Shown: one piece after another, positions 44,503-53,029 of the stretch | Numbering within the stretch: the stretch's first letter is position 1 | Layout of the letters: each line of letters begins with the position of its first letter | Assembly (NCBI GenBank): GCA_964530085.1 | Contig: CAZGXX010000002.1 | Span: forward strand, 212,725 to 276,724 | Direction: 5' to 3' | Length of the DNA stretch: 64,000 bases | From: an uncultured Azospirillum sp. | GTDB taxonomy: Bacteria; Pseudomonadota; Alphaproteobacteria; Rickettsiales; UBA3002 | Translations under genes and position numbers: made by a program | The notes under the pieces: model-generated | Databases searched by the model: none | The model's input: the letters and a program-made list of their open reading frames with translations, nothing else | What the model was told of the DNA's origin: nothing

Positions 44503-45489
44503 ATGGTTCTGGAGCAGACATTAGCGAGACTCGATGAGATCACCGGATCGCACAATAAAAATCTAAGCTCAAAAAACCCAGAGGTTTTAGCAAAAACAAT
44601 AGATAGTCTTAAAGAATTCTTTACGCCTCTTTCTAAAGAACAGCGCGTTGAAATTTTCTATAACGCATTAAAACATCATGAGGGCCACAAAGAGTACCGA
44701 GGTTACGACGTTTTCAGTGGTTATGTTGGCGCACAAGTCTTTGAACCACTTAAAGCCATTATCAAAAATGGTGATCTCAAACTCTGGCAAGCCGCTACTG
44801 GTGGCCTAACCACCGAAGAAAAAATGAGGGTGTTGGGCGCACATTACAACAATAGTGGCGATTCTCTGTGGCATGTTCTGGCAAAAGCAGAAAACCCAGA
44901 ACTGTTTAAATATTCCCTACGGAACCTAACGGTTGGCGAGAAAATAACAGCCTTTTCGAATTATAATTTTCAACACGATGATGAATGCACCCAGAATCGG
45001 AACGAAGTCGGCAATACCGTTTGGCATGTAGTGGTAAAAAACAAAAATCCTGAATTCCAAAAGATTGCATTTAAGGGATTATCCCCAGAAGAAAAGCTTT
45101 CCGTTTTAAGACTCGAACGCAAATACAGCCAATTGGGTGAGCGTGTGGGCAGCGTAGTCGTCCAAGAAAACAAGACGCTCGTATTTGCGGGGCTAACGCG
45201 CATACAGCGCATGCTGACAAAATCCTCTAAAGAAAACAGTCTATCCAAAGTAAAAGAAGACGGAAGCACAGTAAGAATTTCTTTTTCAAACAATGGCTCG
45301 CGTATTCTGGAGCATCATTCTCCTGGAAACAAAGATGAGTTGGAGGATAGGACTGTTCAATATCTAAAACGCGAAAATGGCACCCGCAAATATACCGGGC
45401 CAGAGGGTACTATGGAATGGAGCAAGGTTATCCGCCAGCACGAAGACGGAAGCGCCATTTACGAAAGAGAAGAACCTTTCCGCCGCTAA
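44503..45489 (+). CDS. hypothetical protein (328 aa) with degenerate ankyrin-like repeats
   Basis: AT-richer ORF. AAGGAG SD 6 nt before the ATG at 44503. Internal repeats GDSLWHVLAKAENPELFKYSLRNLTVGEKITAF and GNTVWHVVVKNKNPEFQKIAFKGLSPEEKLSVL resemble the ankyrin G-x-T-x-L-H core. No signal peptide. Ends ...EEPFRR. Confidence 0.6.
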   Translation: MVLEQTLARLDEITGSHNKNLSSKNPEVLAKTIDSLKEFFTPLSKEQRVEIFYNALKHHEGHKEYRGYDVFSGYVGAQVFEPLKAIIKNGDLKLWQAATGGLTTEEKMRVLGAHYNNSGDSLWHVLAKAENPELFKYSLRNLTVGEKITAFSNYNFQHDDECTQNRNEVGNTVWHVVVKNKNPEFQKIAFKGLSPEEKLSVLRLERKYSQLGERVGSVVVQENKTLVFAGLTRIQRMLTKSSKENSLSKVKEDGSTVRISFSNNGSRILEHHSPGNKDELEDRTVQYLKRENGTRKYTGPEGTMEWSKVIRQHEDGSAIYEREEPFRR

Positions 45490-45611
45490 CCGTCCACAGT
45501 CACGTGAATACATACCAAACGCGGTTAGCGGTTGACTAGTCGCGCCATCCGCCCGTATAACCACTCTCCCTCAAATTCCAATTGGCGGCAGTGGCCGTTA
45601 CAGCAGGCACC

Positions 45612-48581
45612 ATGCAAGAGATGATTTCGATCCGCGGCGCGAAGCAGCATAACCTCAAGAACGTGGATCTCGACCTGCCCAAAAACAAGCTGGTGGTCAT
45701 CACTGGCCTGTCGGGCTCTGGCAAGTCGTCGCTCGCGTTTGACACGCTCTATGCCGAGGGGCAGCGCCGCTATGTGGAGAGCCTGTCCGCCTACGCGCGC
45801 CAATTCCTCAACATCAACGACAAGCCAGATGTCGAGAGCATCGAAGGCCTCTCCCCCGCCATCGCCATCGACCAGAAAACCACCTCGCGCAACCCGCGTT
45901 CCACCGTCGGCACGGTGACGGAAATCTACGATTACCTCCGCCTGCTCTACGCGCGCGCGGGCATTCCGTATTCCCCGGCCACCGGCTTGCCGATTGAATC
46001 GCAGACCGTCTCGCAGATGGTGGATGCGATTAAGGCGATGCCGCTGGGCACCAAGCTGCATCTGCTCGCGCCCATCACCCGCGGGCAGAAAGGCGAACAC
46101 CGCAAAGAGCTGCAAGCCATGGCCAAGCGCGGCTTCACGCGCGTAAAAATCGACGGTGAGATGTATGAGATGAGCGACCTGCCAACGCTCGACAAAAACA
46201 AAAAGCACGACATCGCGATTGTGGTCGACCGCATTAAGCTCTCGAATGAGCTGGGCAACCGCCTCGCGGATTCAATCGAGACCATCCTCACCATCTCCGA
46301 CGGGCTGCTGCAGGTAGAAATTGTGGAGCTGGGCGAAGAAACCGCAAAGGCCAAAAAAGGCGCGATGGCCTATAGCAACGGCCAAACCATCACCTTCTCG
46401 GCCAAATTTGCCTGCCCAGTTTCCGGCTTCATGCTGACGGAGATCGAGCCGCGCCTGTTCTCGTTCAATAGCCCGTTCGGCGCCTGTCCCACCTGCGACG
46501 GCCTCGGCACGCAGATGTATTTCGAGGAAGCCCTCATCGTGCCGGACGCCAACCTCTCCCTCGCACAAGGGGCGATTGCGCCTTGGGCATCCGGCCACGC
46601 CAAGTTCTATCAGCAAGCGCTCGAGGCCGTGTCGCGCCACTATAAATTCAGCATGACCACGCCGTTCCGCAACCTGCCGGAGAATATTCAGAACATCATC
46701 CTCCACGGCACGGGCGAGGAAGCGATTAAAATCGCCTATTTCGACGGCGCACGCACCTTCCACAGCAACAAACCGTTCGAAGGTGTCATCGGCAATTTGC
46801 AGCGCCGCTATACGGAAACCGAATCGGAATGGTCGCGCGACGAAATGAGTAAATTCCAGGCCACCAGCCCGTGCGAAAGCTGCTGCGGCGCGCGCCTGAA
46901 GCCCGAAGCACTCTGCGTGCGCATTGGCGACAAAAACATCGCTGAAGTGACCGCCATGCCGATCGATATCGCGGTGGAATGGTTCGAAAAATTGCCCAAA
47001 CAACTCAGCAATAAGCAAAACCAGATCGCCGAGAAAATTCTCAAAGAAATCCGCGCGCGCCTTGGCTTCCTGCAGAATGTCGGGCTGGATTACCTCACCC
47101 TCAGCCGTGAATCCGGCACACTCTCGGGTGGCGAATCGCAGCGCATCCGCCTTGCTTCGCAAATCGGCTCCGGCCTTTCCGGCGTGGTCTATGTGCTCGA
47201 TGAGCCGTCGATCGGCCTGCACCAGTGCGATAACGAACGCCTGCTGAAAACGCTGCAACATCTGCGCGCGCTGGGCAACACGGTTATCGTGGTCGAGCAT
47301 GACGAAGAAACCATGAAACACGCAGATTACCTCGTGGATATGGGGCCCGGGGCGGGCATCCATGGCGGTGAAATCGTCGCGGAAGGCACGCCTGCCGAGG
47401 TGATGGCCAACAAAAAATCCATCACCGGGCAATATCTCGCGGGCACACGGTTTATTCCCGTTCCCAAAGAGCGCCGCACGGCACCGAAGTCGCGCCATAT
47501 CCGCATTTTCGGCGCGCGCGCGAACAACTTGCGCAATATCGATGTTGAGATTCCACTTGGCCTGTTCACTTGTGTCACCGGCGTTTCGGGCGGCGGCAAG
47601 TCGAGCCTCGTCATCCAGACGCTCTACAAAGCCGTCACCAAGCGCCTGCACGGCACCAAAGTCACCCCCGGCGCGCATGACCGTATCGAGGGGCTCGAAC
47701 ATATCGACAAAATCATCGAGATCGACCAATCGCCGATTGGCCGCACCCCGCGCTCCAACCCGGTCACCTATACCGGCGCCTTCCAGCCCATCCGCGACTG
47801 GTTCGCCGGCCTGCCGGAATCCAAGCAGCGCGGCTATGCCTCCGGTCGTTTCAGCTTCAACGTCAAAGGTGGTAGCAGCGAAGCCAGACAGGGCGACGGT
47901 ATGCTGAAAATCGAAATGCACTTCCTGCCGGATGTCTACGTCACCTGCGACCAGTGCAAAGGCCAGCGCTACAACCGCGAAACGCTCGAAGTGAAGTACA
48001 AAGACAAATCCATCGCCGACGTGCTCAACATGACGGTGGAGGAAGCGGCGGAGTATTTCACCGCGCACCCCACCATCAAGGAAAAGCTCACCGCGTTGAT
48101 GGAGGTCGGCCTCGGCTATATCCATCTCGGCCAGTCAGCGACGACGCTCTCGGGCGGCGAGGCGCAGCGGATTAAGCTCGCGAAGGAGCTAAGCAAGCGC
48201 GCGACGGGAAAAACCTTGTATATCCTCGATGAGCCAACGACAGGTCTCCATTCCGAAGACATTAAAAAGCTGCTGCATGTGCTGCACAAACTGGTCGATT
48301 CTGGCAATACAATCGTGGTTATTGAGCATAACCTCGATGTGATTAAAACCTCCGACCATATCGTGGATATCGGCCCCGGCGGCGGCAACAAGGGCGGTCA
48401 CCTCGTTGCTATGGGCACGCCAGAACAGGTCGCGGCGACCGCAAAAAGCATCACGGGGAAATACCTAAAACCGCTGCTTGCACCGCGCAAAGCACCTGCT
48501 CCACTGTCGAAAGAAAAAGCCCCCGCTGCAGAAAAATCAGCCAAGGCAAAACCTGCCAAAGCGAAGAAAAAAGCGGCGTAG
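45612..48581 (+). CDS. uvrA: excinuclease ABC subunit A
   Basis: Two ABC ATPase modules ([23 protein letters not shown] signatures). Start at [17 protein letters not shown]. Non-canonical C-terminal Zn module and an extra Lys/Ala/Pro tail (see findings). Confidence 0.93.
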   Translation: MQEMISIRGAKQHNLKNVDLDLPKNKLVVITGLSGSGKSSLAFDTLYAEGQRRYVESLSAYARQFLNINDKPDVESIEGLSPAIAIDQKTTSRNPRSTVGTVTEIYDYLRLLYARAGIPYSPATGLPIESQTVSQMVDAIKAMPLGTKLHLLAPITRGQKGEHRKELQAMAKRGFTRVKIDGEMYEMSDLPTLDKNKKHDIAIVVDRIKLSNELGNRLADSIETILTISDGLLQVEIVELGEETAKAKKGAMAYSNGQTITFSAKFACPVSGFMLTEIEPRLFSFNSPFGACPTCDGLGTQMYFEEALIVPDANLSLAQGAIAPWASGHAKFYQQALEAVSRHYKFSMTTPFRNLPENIQNIILHGTGEEAIKIAYFDGARTFHSNKPFEGVIGNLQRRYTETESEWSRDEMSKFQATSPCESCCGARLKPEALCVRIGDKNIAEVTAMPIDIAVEWFEKLPKQLSNKQNQIAEKILKEIRARLGFLQNVGLDYLTLSRESGTLSGGESQRIRLASQIGSGLSGVVYVLDEPSIGLHQCDNERLLKTLQHLRALGNTVIVVEHDEETMKHADYLVDMGPGAGIHGGEIVAEGTPAEVMANKKSITGQYLAGTRFIPVPKERRTAPKSRHIRIFGARANNLRNIDVEIPLGLFTCVTGVSGGGKSSLVIQTLYKAVTKRLHGTKVTPGAHDRIEGLEHIDKIIEIDQSPIGRTPRSNPVTYTGAFQPIRDWFAGLPESKQRGYASGRFSFNVKGGSSEARQGDGMLKIEMHFLPDVYVTCDQCKGQRYNRETLEVKYKDKSIADVLNMTVEEAAEYFTAHPTIKEKLTALMEVGLGYIHLGQSATTLSGGEAQRIKLAKELSKRATGKTLYILDEPTTGLHSEDIKKLLHVLHKLVDSGNTIVVIEHNLDVIKTSDHIVDIGPGGGNKGGHLVAMGTPEQVAATAKSITGKYLKPLLAPRKAPAPLSKEKAPAAEKSAKAKPAKAKKKAA

Positions 48582-48604
48582 CCTGATATCGGGAGAGACC
48601 ACCT

Positions 48605-49045
48605 ATGAAGAAAAGATTTGTCTTTATATGCTTCTTTGCATTTACCTACAGCCCTGCAATGGCCGCCGATCAAATATCAAAATACTGCCTGAAGGAAGAA
48701 ATAGAAGGCGACACAGGAGCAGAAAGCGTTCCGATCGGTTTTTTTGAAATGACTGCCGAATTAAGACAGAAGGGCAATCGCTTTTTTGTTTCCTTTAGTA
48801 ACCATATGCCTGATTCCGGTCAAATCTTGGAGGTGAATGATATCCCCGCAAAGAAGACAGTAGAGCATACCTACAGCTTCCGATTCACTGATAATTGGGG
48901 CAATCGAGGGAAAGGGAGCCTACATCTCAAAAATGAAACAGCAGACATTGATATAGATGTGACAAAGCCAACATCAGATCCGTGGGGTAAAAATGCACTG
49001 CGTCAGTATGGGGCATACACGTTGACTAAAGCTGATTGTGAATAA
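48605..49045 (+). CDS. hypothetical secreted protein (146 aa)
   Basis: Signal peptide MKKRFVFICFFAFTYSPAMA-AD. AT-richer. No recognisable domain. Confidence 0.6.
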   Translation: MKKRFVFICFFAFTYSPAMAADQISKYCLKEEIEGDTGAESVPIGFFEMTAELRQKGNRFFVSFSNHMPDSGQILEVNDIPAKKTVEHTYSFRFTDNWGNRGKGSLHLKNETADIDIDVTKPTSDPWGKNALRQYGAYTLTKADCE

Positions 49046-49050
49046 CCAAA

Positions 49051-49455
49051 CTACATCACCGGGCTCGCCCGCCAAAGCACTTCGGCGGCGATAATGGCGA
49101 TGGCGGCGACCCACGGGCGGATGGCAAAAAAGCCGGATGCCACCACCAGCATACCACCAATCGGCGTCGGCGCGAGAATCAGCAGCCACGGCAGCCATTC
49201 GTGCGCTTTTGCCCGCATTTTTTCAATGCGCTCAAGCTGCACTTCCGCACTCACGCGCTCGGGCATCCGCCGCAGCCACACGCCGAGCAGATAGAGCAGC
49301 GCGGCCGCCGCGACACCCCCTACTCCCGCGACTGCCGCCGCGAGCGGATATTCCGTCGGGTGCAGATTCAAAATTGCTGGCAGCGTCACTTCATGAAACA
49401 CAGGCAACAACCGCGCCACAAACGCTTCGGTGATCAGTACAAAAAAATCATTCAT
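49051..49455 (-). CDS. small membrane protein (about 134 aa, 3-4 TM, YqaA/DedA-like?)
   Basis: Hydrophobic ORF. The ATG at 49455 avoids overlap with hicA. The family assignment is tentative. Confidence 0.45.
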   Translation of the reverse strand: MNDFFVLITEAFVARLLPVFHEVTLPAILNLHPTEYPLAAAVAGVGGVAAAALLYLLGVWLRRMPERVSAEVQLERIEKMRAKAHEWLPWLLILAPTPIGGMLVVASGFFAIRPWVAAIAIIAAEVLWRASPVM

Positions 49456-49481
49456 GGCATTTCCGGTAAGAAAAAGAGGAA

Positions 49482-49700
49482 TTATTCGAGCAAATCCTTT
49501 GGCTCGAGACCAATATCGCGGCATATTTTGCTGAGCAATCCCGGCCCGATCACTTCGCGCGCATGCACGGGAACGACTGTTTTTCTTCCATCCGGCGCTT
49601 CAAGCAGATGGTGACTGCCACGCACACGCACGACCTCGAACTCAAATGCTCGCAGTATTTTTATCAGCTCTTTGCCGGTTATGCGCGGGGCGCGGACCAT
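49482..49700 (-). CDS. hicA: type II toxin HicA (mRNA interferase)
   Basis: 72 aa. Pattern GKELIKILRAFEFEVVRVRGSHHLL...VVPVH typical of HicA/YcfA. Confidence 0.8.
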   Translation of the reverse strand: MVRAPRITGKELIKILRAFEFEVVRVRGSHHLLEAPDGRKTVVPVHAREVIGPGLLSKICRDIGLEPKDLLE

Positions 49701-49924
49701 GCATCCACCGAAACACGCTGAACGCCGACGAACTGACGTGCACCAAGAACGTCCTTCTTAACTTGATCTTCCAGGCAAAGTGAAATCGCCTCTTTCACGC
49801 GCTCAAGCAGCACATCCATCGACTTCGCCTGCGTATGACAACCCGGAATTTCCGGCACGCTGGCGACGAGATAATCTTCTTTATCCCTCTCGATGACGAC
49901 ACTGAACTCGGATTTCTTTTTCAT
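49679..49924 (-). CDS. hicB: type II antitoxin HicB (UPF0150 fold)
   Basis: 81 aa. FSVVIERDKEDYLVASVPEIPGCHTQAKSMDVLLERVKEAI matches the HicB N-terminal domain. Overlaps hicA by 22 nt. Confidence 0.75.
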   Translation of the reverse strand: MKKKSEFSVVIERDKEDYLVASVPEIPGCHTQAKSMDVLLERVKEAISLCLEDQVKKDVLGARQFVGVQRVSVDAWSAPRA

Positions 49925-49959
49925 GTTAAAACTCTACATCACAGTGCAAAAAATACAAC

Positions 49960-50697
49960 CTAATTCCGCTCAGCACAGAGCAAAAACTCCACATTCCCCT
50001 TCGGCCCCGTAATCGGGCTTGGGGTGATGCCGCGCACCGCCCAGCCAGCCTCCGTCAGCCATTGCGAAATATCCTCGCACACCGCCCGATGCAGCGCCGC
50101 ATCGCGGATCACGCCCTTGCCGCGGCTCACCTCCACCTTCCCTACCTCAAACTGCGGCTTGATGAGCGTCACCAACTGCGCGTGCGGCTTAGTAAGCGCC
50201 AGCGCCGCAGGCAGCACTTTCTTGAGGCTGATGAACGAGGCATCGCACACCACTAAATCCAGCGGCTCAGCCATCTCCAGCGTAAGATGCCGCGCGTTGG
50301 TTTTCTCCATCACCACCACCCTCGTATCGGCGCGCAGCTTGGCGTCGAGCTGGCCGTGGCCGACATCCACCGCATAGATTTTCGCCGCGCCGTGGGCGAG
50401 CAGCACATCCGTAAAACCGCCTGTGCTGGCGCCGACATCCATCGCCACCGCACCCGTCACATCGAGCGCAAAATGGCTGAGTGCGTGGGCGAGCTTCATT
50501 CCCCCGCGGCTGACCCACGGGTGCTCGCGCCCGCGCACGGTCAACGCAATATCCTCCAAAAATTCCGCACCCGCCTTGTCGAGCTTCTGCTCACCCGCAT
50601 AGACCAACCCGGCCATAATCAGCGCCGCCGCCTTGGTACGCGACTCCGCAAGCCCCTGCGCCACCAGCAATAGATCTAACCGTAATTTTCCCGCCAT
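49960..50697 (-). CDS. tlyA: TlyA-family rRNA 2-prime-O-methyltransferase (hemolysin A homologue)
   Basis: S4 domain RLDLLLVAQGLAESRTKAAALIMAG plus FtsJ-like MTase motif DVGASTGGFTDVLL. Confidence 0.85.
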   Translation of the reverse strand: MAGKLRLDLLLVAQGLAESRTKAAALIMAGLVYAGEQKLDKAGAEFLEDIALTVRGREHPWVSRGGMKLAHALSHFALDVTGAVAMDVGASTGGFTDVLLAHGAAKIYAVDVGHGQLDAKLRADTRVVVMEKTNARHLTLEMAEPLDLVVCDASFISLKKVLPAALALTKPHAQLVTLIKPQFEVGKVEVSRGKGVIRDAALHRAVCEDISQWLTEAGWAVRGITPSPITGPKGNVEFLLCAERN

Positions 50698-50760
50698 CCG
50701 CCACTCATAGAGGCGGATCAGTGGTTTCTCAAGTGGTGGTTTTTGAGGGTGACAAATGAA

Positions 50761-50806
50761 AATGTCACAAAACTGTCATACAACAGAGGGTGTTTTTGAT
50801 GTATAG
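50761..50806 (+). promoter_or_regulatory. Pho-box-like direct repeat promoter (class II, 22-nt gap)
   Basis: ATGTCAC-AAAA-CTGTCAT, 22 nt, TATAGT (50801-50806), 49 nt upstream of the ATG at 50856. Confidence 0.5.
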
Positions 50807-50855
50807 TAAGCACAGATGAGAGATCAACTCTCACGCAATAAAAAAAGGCAAACCT

Positions 50856-51722
50856 ATGACGAAAGATCACAAGCCTCACACGAGGCATATCGTTGGCGAT
50901 ATTAAAACCCGCGATCCTCATACTTCCTGGGCAGTGCTGGATAGCAAAGGCCACCTCCTTAAATCCGAAAGCCACTTGCCTCATTTTCGGCAAGATCCCG
51001 CTTCCACCACCAAATTATGGACGCTCTACACCCTCGCCACAATGATAGAAAAAGACCAATTGCCCGATAATTTTATTAAAAAACACAGGCACGATATCAA
51101 TTTAATGCTGGTACGCTCCGATAATGTTGCCTCAGAAAGGCTCGCAATAGCTGCTGCGGGAAGCGAAGACAATTTCTGTCGCATTATGACACGGCTTGCA
51201 CATAAAAAAGGGCTGGATGACACTCAGTTTAAAACCTGTAATGGCCTCCCCGAGCGCGGCCACTACAGCACCGCAGATGACATGGCGCGTATGGCGTATT
51301 TGTTGGAGCGGGATTTCCCCCAACATAAACGTCTGGCTAGCCAGATACATGCCCCAGGAATTCCTAAACCCAATACTGGCGCAGGGCTGCTTAACGACTG
51401 CATAGAGTTCGGCAAAACAGGAACAGCGCACGGACTCTACGGCGCGCACGGGAAAAAATCATACACGGGCGGCTTGGATCATGGCGGATATGCAGCGGTA
51501 GCAGGAGCACATGATAAACATGACCGCGACAAAATTATGCTTGCTGCAGATCGGTTCTTTAAGGAGCACCCCACACATTCCTCACAGCACCCATCCAGCA
51601 AGAATCATGAGGGACATGGAAAGAAGTTAGCCGCAAAGCATGCGGAAGACCATGACGGACCGCCGCCGAAACATCATGGGCATAAGAAGGAACACGGACA
51701 TCGTTCCCATTCCCATCACTAA
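50856..51722 (+). CDS. serine DD-peptidase (S11 D-Ala-D-Ala carboxypeptidase / beta-lactamase fold) without signal peptide, His-rich C-terminal tail
   Basis: SxxK (ASTTK), SxN (SDN) and KTG (GKTGT) motifs in order. NGLPERGHYSTADDMARMAYLL is typical of S11. The tail is HHGHKKEHGHRSHSHH. Confidence 0.7.
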   Translation: MTKDHKPHTRHIVGDIKTRDPHTSWAVLDSKGHLLKSESHLPHFRQDPASTTKLWTLYTLATMIEKDQLPDNFIKKHRHDINLMLVRSDNVASERLAIAAAGSEDNFCRIMTRLAHKKGLDDTQFKTCNGLPERGHYSTADDMARMAYLLERDFPQHKRLASQIHAPGIPKPNTGAGLLNDCIEFGKTGTAHGLYGAHGKKSYTGGLDHGGYAAVAGAHDKHDRDKIMLAADRFFKEHPTHSSQHPSSKNHEGHGKKLAAKHAEDHDGPPPKHHGHKKEHGHRSHSHH

Positions 51723-51730
51723 ATGCTGGC

Positions 51731-52690
51731 TTAATTCTTCCGCGTCACCACGAAGTTCGCCAGCGTGCGCAGCTGATTCGCGCGTTCGTCAAACGCGGTG
51801 AGATGGTTGATGGCCTGATCCGCCAGCGTGCGTGCCTGTTCGCGCGCGCGATCAACCCCGAGGATGGAGACCAGCGTCGCCTTGCCCTTGGCCTTGTCCT
51901 TCTGCACGCCTTTACCGGTTTCGGTACGGGTGCCCTCCACATCGAGCAAATCATCCGTAATCTGGAACGCGAGGCCCATATCATGCGCATAGCGCTGCAG
52001 GCGCGCGCGCAGGGGCTCCGGCGCTTTGCCGAGGATCGCCCCCGCCTCACAGCTCACCGCGAACAGCTCCCCCGTTTTTAGGCGCTGCAGGCGAATCACC
52101 TCATCAATCGAGAGTTCCTGCTGCTCCGCGTCGAGATCCATCATCTGCCCGCCGACCATGCCGCGCACGCCGGATGCCCGCGCCACCGAGCGAATCAGCT
52201 CGCAGCGTACGTTCGGGTCGGCATGCACGCGCGGGTTCGAAAGCACCTCAAAGGCAAACGTCAGCAGCGCATCCCCAGCGAGGATTGCCGCCGCTTCGCC
52301 GAATTGTTTATGGCAGCTTGGCTTACCGCGGCGCATATCGTCGTTATCCATCGCGGGCAAATCGTCATGCACCAGCGAGTAGGTATGCACGAACTCAATC
52401 GCTGCCGCCGTCATCAGCGCGCCGGTGGGGTTCACGCCGAACAGTTTGGCGGATTCTACCGTGAGGAACGGACGCAGGCGCTTCCCGCCCGCCAGCGCGG
52501 AATAGCGCATCGCCTCAATCACCTTGGCTTCGCCCTCTGGCGAGGCGGCCACTTCGGCCTCCTGCTGGCGGCTATGCAGCGAGATCACCCGCGTCGTCAT
52601 TTGCAGGTTGGTGGGCAGCAATTCATCCATCACGCTATCCAGCGCGGTCGAGGTGGCGGCGAGTGTCTGTTGGAGATTCTGCATGTTCAT
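51731..52690 (-). CDS. ispA: (2E,6E)-farnesyl diphosphate synthase / polyprenyl synthetase
   Basis: First and second Asp-rich motifs (LVHDDLPAMDNDDMRRG, ITDDLLD). Confidence 0.85.
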   Translation of the reverse strand: MNMQNLQQTLAATSTALDSVMDELLPTNLQMTTRVISLHSRQQEAEVAASPEGEAKVIEAMRYSALAGGKRLRPFLTVESAKLFGVNPTGALMTAAAIEFVHTYSLVHDDLPAMDNDDMRRGKPSCHKQFGEAAAILAGDALLTFAFEVLSNPRVHADPNVRCELIRSVARASGVRGMVGGQMMDLDAEQQELSIDEVIRLQRLKTGELFAVSCEAGAILGKAPEPLRARLQRYAHDMGLAFQITDDLLDVEGTRTETGKGVQKDKAKGKATLVSILGVDRAREQARTLADQAINHLTAFDERANQLRTLANFVVTRKN

Positions 52691-52716
52691 GTCCCGTGCT
52701 AGAGTGTTTTCTGTTG

Positions 52717-52983
52717 TTATTCCGTGGCAAACGCGCTGGTCGTCACCGAGCCATCGGCGCGCATCTGAATTTGTTCAACCTTAAGCTTGGCCTCGCTCAG
52801 CTTGGCGAGGCAATGTTCCTTGAGTGCATTCCCGCGCTGATAATCCGCAATCGCCTTATCGAGGTCGGCGCTGCCGGATTCCAGCGCGCGCACAATCGCC
52901 TCCAGCTCCTTCATCGCCGCCTCAAAACTGAGCGTGCTAATGTCGGATGCGGTTTTCTCTGGCGATACGGCTGTTTTTGTCAT
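52717..52983 (-). CDS. xseB: exodeoxyribonuclease VII small subunit
   Basis: 88 aa. FEAAMKELEAIVRALESG...LDKAIADYQRG pattern. The xseB-ispA arrangement is conserved. Confidence 0.85.
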   Translation of the reverse strand: MTKTAVSPEKTASDISTLSFEAAMKELEAIVRALESGSADLDKAIADYQRGNALKEHCLAKLSEAKLKVEQIQMRADGSVTTSAFATE

Positions 52984-53029
52984 AGATACCGGGCATTACC
53001 AATAAGCACCCGAAAAGGCAATCAAAACC

